A stretch of 63,896 nt of DNA, filler included, from Chrysochromulina tobinii (Eukaryota), in the NCBI GenBank assembly GCA_001275005.1. It is 9 parts of 9 records of this genome, joined end to end, with 100 filler letters (N's around TTAATTAATTAA, not from the genome) between each part and the next. Parts side by side here need not be neighbours in the genome. Positions count along the whole stretch, not along the records: positions 17,878 to 24,165 come from JWZX01001226.1; positions 24,266 to 30,173 come from JWZX01001227.1; positions 30,274 to 33,674 come from JWZX01001228.1; 6 more parts are not named here. The stretch is one strand, 5' to 3'. Numbering within the stretch: the stretch's first letter is position 1; every line of letters starts with the position of its first letter. Under the pieces are notes generated by a model. It did no database searches. It was not told where the DNA came from and saw nothing but the letters and a program-made list of their open reading frames with translations. Made by a program: the position numbers and the translations under genes. Positions 20,598 through 30,306 of this stretch are shown piece by piece.

Positions 20598-23500
20598 CTA
20601 TGCCTCCTCCGCCTCCTCCTTCTTTCCTTCTTCCTCTCCAGTCTCGTCGGCGGTGGCCGCAACGTCGCCCGCCACCATATCCATGGCGCCCACCACCGCC
20701 ATCAGGTTGTCCGTGCTGCCCCCGCCAAAGCCGAACATGGTCTGCGCGATCGACACCGGGATCAGAAGGAGTGCGATGAACATGAGGTAGAGTGTCTCGA
20801 GCGTTCCCCCTTCCCCCTTGGAGAACATTTTCACCGGCGGGCAGACAAGATTGTCCCATCCCATCAAGATCATGGGAATGAACGCGCAGTACACCATGAT
20901 GTCCGCCGCGCGCACGGCGAGCATCAGCGAGCCCTCGAGGTCAGAATCGGCCACCAAGCCAGCTACGAAGACGAGGAGACTCGCAAGGAACTCCATCGAG
21001 TAGACGGTAATGGCTTGACCGGCCTTTAGATAATCCGAGGCAGTGTTGGCTGCGCACCATAGGAGGCTCAAAAACTGCGTGCTGAGGAGGGCAATCATGA
21101 GCCCCATGCCACCAGCCGAGGTCGTCTTCCACGGATGGGCCTCGAGGAAGCCCGAGAGAGCGCCCGCGAAGAGCTGCAGCCCCAACTGCACCGACAGGTA
21201 GTGGACGCCTCGACCGCCCTTGGCTTCGTCCAGCCACATGGGCCCGCGCTCCAAGGCATCGCCCGGCCGTTCGTGAGTCTCGCAGCAGTTGAGCCCCATG
21301 ATCGAGATCTTCTTCTTCGAGTACTCGGCGTCCGTGATGTGTTCTCTGTCACCCGAACCGTAGCCAAGCAGGTACAGGATGCGTGTCGGCCAAAAGAAGG
21401 CGAACTCGAGGGCACGCTCGGTGCGCGCGGGCTCCTGCTTGTCCTCGTCGGGAACGCCGAACTCGCCCTTGACGCGATTGCGCGGCTTGAAACCGACCTT
21501 CATCATCAATCCGAACAGGGGATCGTCGCAATCCTTGGGCGTCTCGGGCGGATCCGCGTCAGACCAGATCATGGACATGTGCAGCCGCCGCAACTTCTCG
21601 AGCCGCCAGACCTGATGTACGTACCAGAGCATGGTGAAGATGAAGACAACCCAAGCGAGGATGTAGTACCCATAGTCCTCCGGACTGAAGGCATACTCGA
21701 CACCAATCTGTGCGCCGATGACAGCGGTCGAGACGTTGATGAGCGACGCCGCAAAGGTGACGCCAAGAATGTTTTGCACGTTGGGCACTCGGAGCATCGC
21801 CGGCAGCCTCCGGAATTTAGGGGGCTTGAGCTGCGGCTTGGGTTTCGATGATGCGGCCGGCGGTAATGTCGTCGGCGCCGACTTTGCATCCTCGCGAACA
21901 GCCGCGTGATCAGCTGCGCGCTCTCGTAGGAGTGCTTGTCTTCCGAGAGGAGCCTTTGTCGGTGGTGGCATGAACACGATGGGAGGAGCCTTCCCCATCG
22001 TCGACAGCGATGGTATGGGCGCATTGGGAGGAGCCTCCATCACCGCTGCTGCTTCCCATACATGCCACTTCGGGACAGGCATACGCGACGAGATAAATTT
22101 TGTCGTCGTGATCTCCCTGACCTCGGTCATCTCCCTGACCTCCTCGGCATCGTTTGGAGGTGAAGGGTATGGAGACAAAGGGATTGGTGACGTAGTGTGG
22201 AGGTGAAGGGATTGAGGTGAAGGGATTGGCGGTGACGAAAGACTCCACACTATGTCACCTTCTCGTATGCCTGTTGGCAACGGAGATGGCACGGGCTCAG
22301 GAGGCAAGGGAGGCGAGGGCGGTGACGAGACCGCAGACGACTCCATCCTCGTTTGATTCGACAGCGGCTCGGCGCTGGGGGCGACGCGAGAGCGTCTGAA
22401 TAGGGTGACGATGCGGCCAGCACGGCCGAGGTGGCCGAAGAGCGAGAGGCGCTGGAAGAAGGTGCTGCTGCCCTTGTAGCTTTTGACGAAGTCTAAAAAC
22501 TCCTCGAAGCTCATCTGACCGCTCATATCCAAGTCTGCGGTGCTCACCATCTCCTGGACCTGTGATCTTGTCAGGCCCAGCTTGAGCATCTTGACCATTC
22601 TCGTAACTTCACTCGTCGATACGAAGCCGCTTCCATCCTGATCAAACTGGTCGAAGATTCTGCGCGACTTGGCCATGAGCAGCGCCTTAGCCTTCCTCTC
22701 CTGCGGAGTTGCCGCGGCCTCCTCCGCCGCCTTCTGCGCCCGCTGAGCTGCGTGGTAGGCATAGTACTTGCGGTTGGCATACATGTACCACCAGAAGAGG
22801 ATCGCGTAGTGGAAGGCCGTGATGAGACAAAAGATGGATCCCAGAGAGGTGACAGTGTCAACCAATGCGGCTCCGAGCATCAGGCTGACGTTCTCTTGCA
22901 CTTCCCCTTCTTCATCCTCATAAGTGACCGTCTCCGCGGCGACGTCGGGCTCGCTCGTCACCTGGAGGTTGAGGAACTCGCTCGTCGCGTTCGCGTCCGC
23001 GAAGACGGAGGCGCTCAAGGACTCCTCGACGGCGGCACTCGCGGACGAATCCGTGGTGACGATGGTGATCTCGACCCGAGCGGCCCCGACGGCGCCCTCA
23101 GAGGAGTCGGCGTCGCTGGCGAGCACTTCAGAGAGCGCCCTGCTCACGAGCTGTTCCGGTGTGGACGCGGCATAGGCAACCGTGGTGACCTGGCTGGGGT
23201 CCACGCCCGACTCGGCGGCGACCGAGGTCGAGATGTCGGCCAGCCGGGCATCCGTGAAGGCCTCGATCGGCTCCGCAGCAACGAAGCCGATCGCCACCTG
23301 GTACGTGGGCGGTGGCGGCGGTAGCCCAGGTCTACGCCTGCTGAAGCCCAACCGACCCGTCGTGAAGCCGCCGCCGCCGCCATCGTCACCATCGGGATTA
23401 GGCGGCCCAAGCTTCGTGTAGTACGCGAGCCGCTGTGCCCCTCGCACTGCGTTGCCCGCTCCTGACGGGCCGCCGCCTCCGGCAGCGGACGCGGCGGCGG

Positions 23501-24146
23501 ACGCGCCGACGGACGCCCCCACAGCGGACTGGATGGTGCCGGCGGACGCGGCCATCAGCGCACCGAGGGCTGCCATGCCTGGGTTTGTGACATTGACAAA
23601 GTCCTCGAGGCGCAAGCCGCCGAGGGCCGCATTGGGTCGCGGTGGGGGAGGAGCGGGGGCCGGGATGACCTGCCGCTGAGTGCCTTCGAGCCACGCATTG
23701 TCACATGGCGTGAGCGACTGGCCGGCGGCGTTGGTGATGGCGTCCTGACGGGTGCCGGTGCCATTGGCCGCGGACGTGGCCAGCATCGCGAGCAGCGCTG
23801 CGAACCGACCCTGGTCTGTGGTGGTGACCACTGTGGTGACTTGGACGAACGTGACACTCGCTGCGGATTGGCCCGACCCAACCTCGCCATTCACAGCGGC
23901 GATGCATTGCCAGCTCAGCCGCCGCCTTGGCGCAGACCACGGCGAATCACGGCTGGTTTCGCTGTCCGTCGACCGCGGCAGACCACGGAGGCTGTGCTGC
24001 CCTTCGAGCACCGTAGCCTCCACCGTGGTGCCGCCGTTTGGCGCGGTGCCGACTTCCGCCGTCGTCACGGGCTCGAAAAAGGAAGGCACGAGGTTCGGGT
24101 GGCGGCTCGCATGGTACGAGGGGATGCGCCGGTTGACAGCAAGCAC
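20598..24146 (-). CDS. Large multi-pass membrane protein with an internal EF-hand pair (probably 5'-partial)
   Basis: 1182-aa ORF with loops DQDGSGFVSTSE and DLDMSGQMSFEE between hydrophobic helices, Pro-rich linkers and several C-terminal TM segments. Confidence 0.75.
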   Translation of the reverse strand: MLAVNRRIPSYHASRHPNLVPSFFEPVTTAEVGTAPNGGTTVEATVLEGQHSLRGLPRSTDSETSRDSPWSAPRRRLSWQCIAAVNGEVGSGQSAASVTFVQVTTVVTTTDQGRFAALLAMLATSAANGTGTRQDAITNAAGQSLTPCDNAWLEGTQRQVIPAPAPPPPRPNAALGGLRLEDFVNVTNPGMAALGALMAASAGTIQSAVGASVGASAAASAAGGGGPSGAGNAVRGAQRLAYYTKLGPPNPDGDDGGGGGFTTGRLGFSRRRPGLPPPPPTYQVAIGFVAAEPIEAFTDARLADISTSVAAESGVDPSQVTTVAYAASTPEQLVSRALSEVLASDADSSEGAVGAARVEITIVTTDSSASAAVEESLSASVFADANATSEFLNLQVTSEPDVAAETVTYEDEEGEVQENVSLMLGAALVDTVTSLGSIFCLITAFHYAILFWWYMYANRKYYAYHAAQRAQKAAEEAAATPQERKAKALLMAKSRRIFDQFDQDGSGFVSTSEVTRMVKMLKLGLTRSQVQEMVSTADLDMSGQMSFEEFLDFVKSYKGSSTFFQRLSLFGHLGRAGRIVTLFRRSRVAPSAEPLSNQTRMESSAVSSPPSPPLPPEPVPSPLPTGIREGDIVWSLSSPPIPSPQSLHLHTTSPIPLSPYPSPPNDAEEVREMTEVREITTTKFISSRMPVPKWHVWEAAAVMEAPPNAPIPSLSTMGKAPPIVFMPPPTKAPLGRQALLRERAADHAAVREDAKSAPTTLPPAASSKPKPQLKPPKFRRLPAMLRVPNVQNILGVTFAASLINVSTAVIGAQIGVEYAFSPEDYGYYILAWVVFIFTMLWYVHQVWRLEKLRRLHMSMIWSDADPPETPKDCDDPLFGLMMKVGFKPRNRVKGEFGVPDEDKQEPARTERALEFAFFWPTRILYLLGYGSGDREHITDAEYSKKKISIMGLNCCETHERPGDALERGPMWLDEAKGGRGVHYLSVQLGLQLFAGALSGFLEAHPWKTTSAGGMGLMIALLSTQFLSLLWCAANTASDYLKAGQAITVYSMEFLASLLVFVAGLVADSDLEGSLMLAVRAADIMVYCAFIPMILMGWDNLVCPPVKMFSKGEGGTLETLYLMFIALLLIPVSIAQTMFGFGGGSTDNLMAVVGAMDMVAGDVAATADETGEEEGKKEEAEEA

Positions 24147-24165
24147 CAGATGAAGCAGGCTTCTT

Positions 24166-24265
24166 NNNNNNNNNNNNNNNNNNNNNNNNNNNNNNNNNNN
24201 NNNNNNNNNTTAATTAATTAANNNNNNNNNNNNNNNNNNNNNNNNNNNNNNNNNNNNNNNNNNNN
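24166..24265. other. Artificial contig linker
   Basis: 44 N + TTAATTAATTAA + 44 N. Confidence 0.99.
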
Positions 24266-25306
24266 GTACACGTCCATCTCTTGGGGAGGTACGCTGAACC
24301 CTCGGGTGCGTGCGTGTATAGGTATGGTCCGGTCACCAAAAGCAAACTTTCCTGTAGACAAATACATGATGCTGTAGACAACAGATCCTCAGGCTCTGCC
24401 GCATCTCTTCCATCTTGCTCTCTTTCAGCTCACCGCGTTGAGCACGATGTCGCGCAGGCCCCGGTAGTGCGGCATGTTGTGCTTGTGGCAGTAGTTCGTA
24501 CCGCGCTGTCCGTGCACGGGGCCGCAACGGAAGCGCAGCATCGCAGCGCCGTGCGCCGGGTCGTCGTGCACCGAGAAGAGCAGATGGCACAGCAGCGCGC
24601 CGTCGACGCCGTCGTCCCACGTGGCGGACGCGCGCGGGAGCGTACGCTCTCGCGCATGTCACGTCGACGAGGAAGTTGCGCGGGCACGCGCCCGTGGGGG
24701 GCCCATGCAGCGAAGAATCGGGCTGCGGAAGGCGTCACCGAGCCACGCTCGGCCCACTGTGCGTCACCGAGCGTGGCACGCACCTGCTTGACAATGCGCG
24801 TCAGGAGCCCGCTCCAGCGCTGCTGTGTGCGCTTGCGCGCCATCTTGGACAGTTTGACCGGGTGGGCGGGCTGGTACGCACGCAGGCGATGAACCTTCAC
24901 CCGCGGGCGGCGGTCGTGCCGTGGCTCAGGGCGCCAGCCGTCACGGCTCGATTGCGAGTCCGGGCTTGGCGGCGGCTCGGAGGACGCCCCTGGTGTCGTT
25001 GAGCTCGATTTGACATGAGCTGCGGAGAGCATGAGAGAGCATTGTGTGCGGAGAGGTCTGGAAGGGCTCGCATTCAGAATGAGAATCGGAAAAGTGCTTC
25101 CATTTCTTGACGGTACATCAACATATTCAAATCACATGAAATCACCGTTACTGTCGACCGTAAAACTTACATAAGCGCTTGCGTTCGGAAAAAATTTCAG
25201 CACCCTATTGAAAACGCCTTTTATGGCAGCTTCCAAATTAGGAAATAACTTCACAGAACCCAAAACAGTGATCCACACATGTTCACAGTGCTCTCACAAT
25301 CATTTT

Positions 25307-28300
25307 CTACAGCATCAAGTCAAATCCACTCCGGTCCTTCACCGCATCTCGCACCGCTTTTTTCCCTGCATCTCCCATGTCATCATTGGCCCGGATGTCC
25401 AGTTTGGTCAGGACCGCGTTGACCTTCAGCGCCTCCGCGATCGCCTTGGCACCGTCAACGCCGATGTTGTTGCGGTACAACTCGAGCTTGGTCAGGACCG
25501 CGTTGACCTTCAGCGCCTCCGCGATCGCCTTGGCACCCTCGATCCCGATGTTGTTGTCGTCCAAGTCCAAGCCGGTCAAGACCGCGTTGACCTTCAACGC
25601 CTCCGCGATCGCGATGGCACCCTCTGGTCCGATGTTGTTGCTGTTCAGGCCCAGGGTGGTCATGACCGCGTTGACCTTCAGCGCCTCGGCGATCGCGATG
25701 GCACCCTCCGGACCGATGTTGTTGTTGCTGAGCCATAGCTTGGTCACGACCGCGTTGACCTTCAGTGCCTCCGCGATCGCCTTGGCACCCTCATCCCCGA
25801 TGCTGTTGTTCGGGAGGAAGAGGATGGTCACCACCGCGTTGACCTTCAGCGCCTCCGCGATCGCCTTGGCACCATCGTCGCCAATGGAGTTGCGCCTCAA
25901 CTCCAGGTCGGTCAGGACCGCGTTGACCTTCAGCGCCTCCGCGATCGCCTGAGCACCCTCGTCCCCGATCTTGTTCTCGTACAGGCCCAGGGTGGTCACG
26001 ACCGCGTTGACCTTGAGCGCCTCCGCGATCGCGATGGCACCCTCAACCCCGATCTTGTTGCCTTCGAGGTTGAGGGTGGTCATCACCGCGTTGACCTTCA
26101 GCGCCTCCGCGATCGCCTTGGCACCCTCATCCTCGATGTTGTTGACGGTGAGGTAGAGGGTGGTCACCACCGCGTTGACCTTCAGTGCCTCCGCGATCGC
26201 CTTGGCACCCTCATCCCCGATGCTGTTGTTCGAGAGGACGAGGGTGGTCACCACCGCGTTGACCTTCAGCGCCTCCGCGATCGCCTTGGCACCCTCGTCG
26301 CCGATCTCGTTGCCGCCGAGCTCGAGCTCGGTCACCACCGCCATGAACTGCAGGTCCGACCCGATCAGGATGGCGTCGGCGGGTTGAAGCCTCTGGCTAT
26401 CCAACTTGGGTTGAAGCCTCTGGCTATCCAACTTGGCCTCCGTCTGGTCGCGCCTCATGCCCGAGAGCATGATGCCCTTCTCCGCGCCGATCTTGGCGAG
26501 CATCGTGGCCGACTCAACATCCAGGCTGTTCTTGAGCAGGCTGCAGTTCTTCAGCGCCGTGGTCTTCAACAAAGCAGGGGCAAGCGCTCGAGCATCCTCT
26601 GCATCGAGCTTGTTCTGGCTCAGGTCGAGCGTCCTCAGCTCGCTGGCATTGGCGACCACAGCCGCCAGCACACGCCGCACCGTCGGCCGGTCGCCGCCGA
26701 GCTTCCGCGAGAGGTCGAGCGTGTCGCCCGTCACCCCGGCCGCGCGCAGCAGCCCACGACCGAAGCGGTCGCCCGGAATCTCGGCGCCGAGCTTCACCGT
26801 GTTCGCCCACCACGCGGGCCACTGCCACGGCGGCGTGCCCGAGAGCTCGATGCCCTCGTCGCAGAGCGCGATCGCAGCAAAGTACTCCTGGAACGAGAGG
26901 TGTGACGACTGCAGCTGCAGCGGCTCGGACTGCCACAGGCTGAGCAGTGGCAGCGCGTCGACGAGCACGCGCTCGCGCACCGTGCGCAGCGCCTCGCGCA
27001 GCGCCACCGACAGGCGCGCCTCGCACGCCACGCGCACGGCGGCCTCGCTCGCGCTTGCATCCATCGCACGCTGGAGGAAGGCCGTCTCATTCAGGCCCGA
27101 GGAGCGCAGGGAGGAGGGATGGAGCCATTGGCTCATCGTGTGGTCAGCAAAGGTGACCCTGTACGGTCTTGCGATCGCGTAAGCATGCTCGCTACAAATC
27201 TCGCATTGACATTCCATGCAGTCGTAGCTGTCGGTCTCATCGTCGGCCGTGATCACGCCGCGCCTGCCCTCGTGCTCACACTGCTCCTCCAAAGTGGCCG
27301 TCACCTCAACGTAGTGACCGATCGCGGCGCGGCCCCCAAAGGGCTTGAAGGCCATCTTCGCCACCGCCTCGGCCCGAATCTGTGCGAGCGCCTCGGGCGC
27401 CTCCAGGCCGAGCGCCGCCTCGTCCAGCTGCCGGTCCTCAATGAGGCGGCGCTGCGCGACGTGCGCCTCAAAAAAGATGGCGCTGCGCGACGTGCGCCTC
27501 AAAAAAGATGCGCTGCAGCAGCCGCGCGAGCTCAGGCGACGTGACGCCTCCGCGCGCGAGCATCGCGTCGGACGCGGTCGCGTACAGCTCGGCGACCGTC
27601 CGGGGCATGCCCATGCCCTGCCGCAGCTCGTACACGGCAGCGACCATCGAGAGCATCAGCGGGTTGCTCGTCACCTTCTGGCCTGTGTCGTCGCGCGGCA
27701 TCACGTCGCGCACGTACGTCAGCAGCGCGGCCGCGCGCTCCGCGCCGAGGCGCTGCTCGAGCGCGCGCTCCTGCTGCTCGTCCGAGAGCGGAGCGAGCGA
27801 GAGGCGGCGGAAGGCGGCAAAGCGCGCCTCGTCGATGCCCGCCGGTCGCGAGGTGCAGAGCAGCACGTGGCCCTGCGGCGCGAGCACGTCGACCACGTGG
27901 CGCTCAATGTCGTCGCGCTTGGCGCCGGCCTCGTCGAGCCCGTCGAGGAGGAGCAGCGCGCGCCGCGCCATCATCGCCTGACGCAGCATGCGGTAGAGCG
28001 CGGGGCGGCTCGCCTCGTGCTCGAGGCGCAGGAAGGCATCCATGTAGTTCCACGCGCCCGCAAAGGCGTCGGGCGCCTCGAGCAGCCGCCGCTGCAAGAC
28101 CTGCACCTTGACCAGGATGGGCACGAGCTCCGTGCGCTCGTCTTGGAGCGCGACCATCACCACCTGCGACAGCAGCGTCGTCTTGCCGTTCGCGGGGCCG
28201 GCGGTGAGCAGCACCGCGAGTGGACCCTCTGTTGGGCCGCCCTCGAGCCGCGCGCCGTGCTGCGCAAGCAACCATGCGGTCAGGCTGTGCGCGTCGCGGA

Positions 28301-30173
28301 TGGCAGACGCCTGCGTCTCTGCCTCTCCCCCCGTCACGCTGATGGCGACGCACTGCTGCAGCGCGTCGAGCCGCTTGCCCGTGAGCGCGTCGGCAATTTG
28401 CGCGTGCTGCGCCCCGAGCCAGGGCGCCCACCACGCGCGCATTGCCTTGTAGGCGGCGTGCGGCAGCTCGCGCGGCGCGTGGTTCCACGGGTGCAGCATG
28501 AGCGTGGCTGGCGGCTCACCGCTGCCCTCGAATTCGAGGAGGTGGCAGAGGCCCTCGGCGCCCGTTCTTGCCACGTCGGCATCGCGCCAGCCGCCGGACG
28601 TACGCACGGTGAGCGGCTGGCCTGCGGCGTAGCGCCGGGCGCCGCTGGCGCCGCTGGAGCGCAGTGCTGCAGTGACCATGGCCTCGGGCTGCAGCCTCTC
28701 GATCGCCTCGCACACCTTGCCGATCGCCACGCGCACCTTTCCGAGCGCGGCTTCAAGCTGATCGCCCGGTTCTTGTCCTTTCCGCGCGTGCAGTTTGAAG
28801 AGTTCCGCCGCCTCATCCGCGGCCGCGTCCACGCACGACCGCACAGCGGCACCCGCCTCGTGCGCCGCTTGCGCGATGGTTTGGCTAGCCAATAATCCCT
28901 GCGTCGCGCTGTCGGCGATCTCGCGCGCCCGCACGCCGATGGAGCGCAGAGTCGACTCCGATTCGATGTGCAGCGCCGACTCCGACTCCATCCGCCGAGC
29001 ATCCTCCGCCAGACGGCGTGCGGGCTCGGCGAGGTCGCGAAGCGCACGCGCATCGCCGACGAACGCGGCGTCCCAGCCGACAGCGGGCGGCCGCCACGGC
29101 AGCACCGCCTGGCTGCATCGGTCGTAGGCGAGCTCGGCCTCGTCTTTGCCCGTGACGGCGGCGGCAACACGCCCCCCAGCCGCATCGACGACGCCAAAGC
29201 GCGGCCCGCTGCCTGGGCCAGAGCCGCTGCCCTGCCAAGAGAGCAGCAGCAGCGGCTGTCCCTCGGCGAGGCGCAGCGGCGACGCGGCGGGCGCATCGAC
29301 CTGCGGCAGCGGCTCTGCTGGCGCGGCCGTCGCTCTGTGTGACGCGAGCATCTGAAGCGACCCGAGCGTCTTTGTCAGCGCGCCGACGGTGTTGCGCGCA
29401 TACTCCTCATAAAGGCTGATGACCTTGTCCTTGTCGCCCTTGCTCGTGAACTTGGACTTCTTGATCCGCTCAACGGCCACGTCAGCGGCTATTTCGAGCT
29501 CGCTCTCCTTAACCTCAATGGGTGTCACGTCCGCATCGCTGCTCAGCACGAAGACCTTGGACTGAAGCTTATCAAGGTGCTCCCGGAGCGCGGGGTAGGC
29601 CGTCAACCGCTTCATCAGCTCTCGGCTCAAGGAGTCCTCACAGCAGCACCTGCGTGGGAGAGTGTGGCAGCCGGTGAGGGATGAGAGGGGATCCCATCAC
29701 AACTGTGCAGAATAGGATGGGCAGCGCTCACCATCCACGAGAAAAGTACGGCGTCTCGTTGTAAAGCGTGTCGATCCCCTCGCATAGGCCGGGCCAGGCA
29801 CCCGCGTCCTTGGCCGCGACAGCAGACTCGTGCGAGGCAAAGCGCACAATGGGGGGGCTGTGGCTGAGGTCGCAGCTCTCGATAGTTCCGAACCTGATGA
29901 GCGCCGCGCGTACCATGTTCTCGTCTACGTTTGCGCTCAACTTGAACAAGCAGACAACGCCATCGAACTTGGCTGGCCGGGGTGGGATCTCCCCGATCTG
30001 GAGCACGGTCGTTGCAAGGATCGATGCATACAGCTGATTCATCGCCCCACCCTTGAGGGCGATATCAAAGGACGCAGTCTGCTCTGGGGTCCTTGGATTC
30101 TGATACAGCGATCCAAAGTCCCAGAACAAGGCTTCAATTCGAATTGCCATCCCCATCAGAGCGCGTCGAAGCA
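25307..30173 (-). CDS. NLR-like protein: HET-like N-terminus (with RRM-like insert), NACHT NTPase, RNI-type LRRs; 5'-partial; frameshifted at ~27480
   Basis: LFWDFGSLYQ...PYFSRGWCCCE across GT-AG intron 29650..29731. Walker A AGPANGKTT, Walker B LLLLDGLDE, HLSFQEYFAA winged-helix motif. About 12 28-aa LRRs (N.IGDEGAKAIAEALKVNAV). A 31-nt tandem duplication at 27449-27510 shifts the frame. Confidence 0.85.
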
Positions 30174-30273
30174 NNNNNNNNNNNNNNNNNNNNNNNNNNN
30201 NNNNNNNNNNNNNNNNNTTAATTAATTAANNNNNNNNNNNNNNNNNNNNNNNNNNNNNNNNNNNNNNNNNNNN
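30174..30273. other. Artificial contig linker
   Basis: 44 N + TTAATTAATTAA + 44 N. Confidence 0.99.
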
Positions 30274-30306
30274 CCGTCGTCCCAGGCCCTGCCTGACAAC
30301 CAGTTC

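Noticed and set aside
24266..25032. Possible gene with a coding-like tail (SATWDDGVDGALLCHLLF...HYRGLRDIVLNAVS)
   Set aside because: The coding-like segments lie in different frames with a stop and no clear splice sites. Probably a decayed fragment that I cannot identify.
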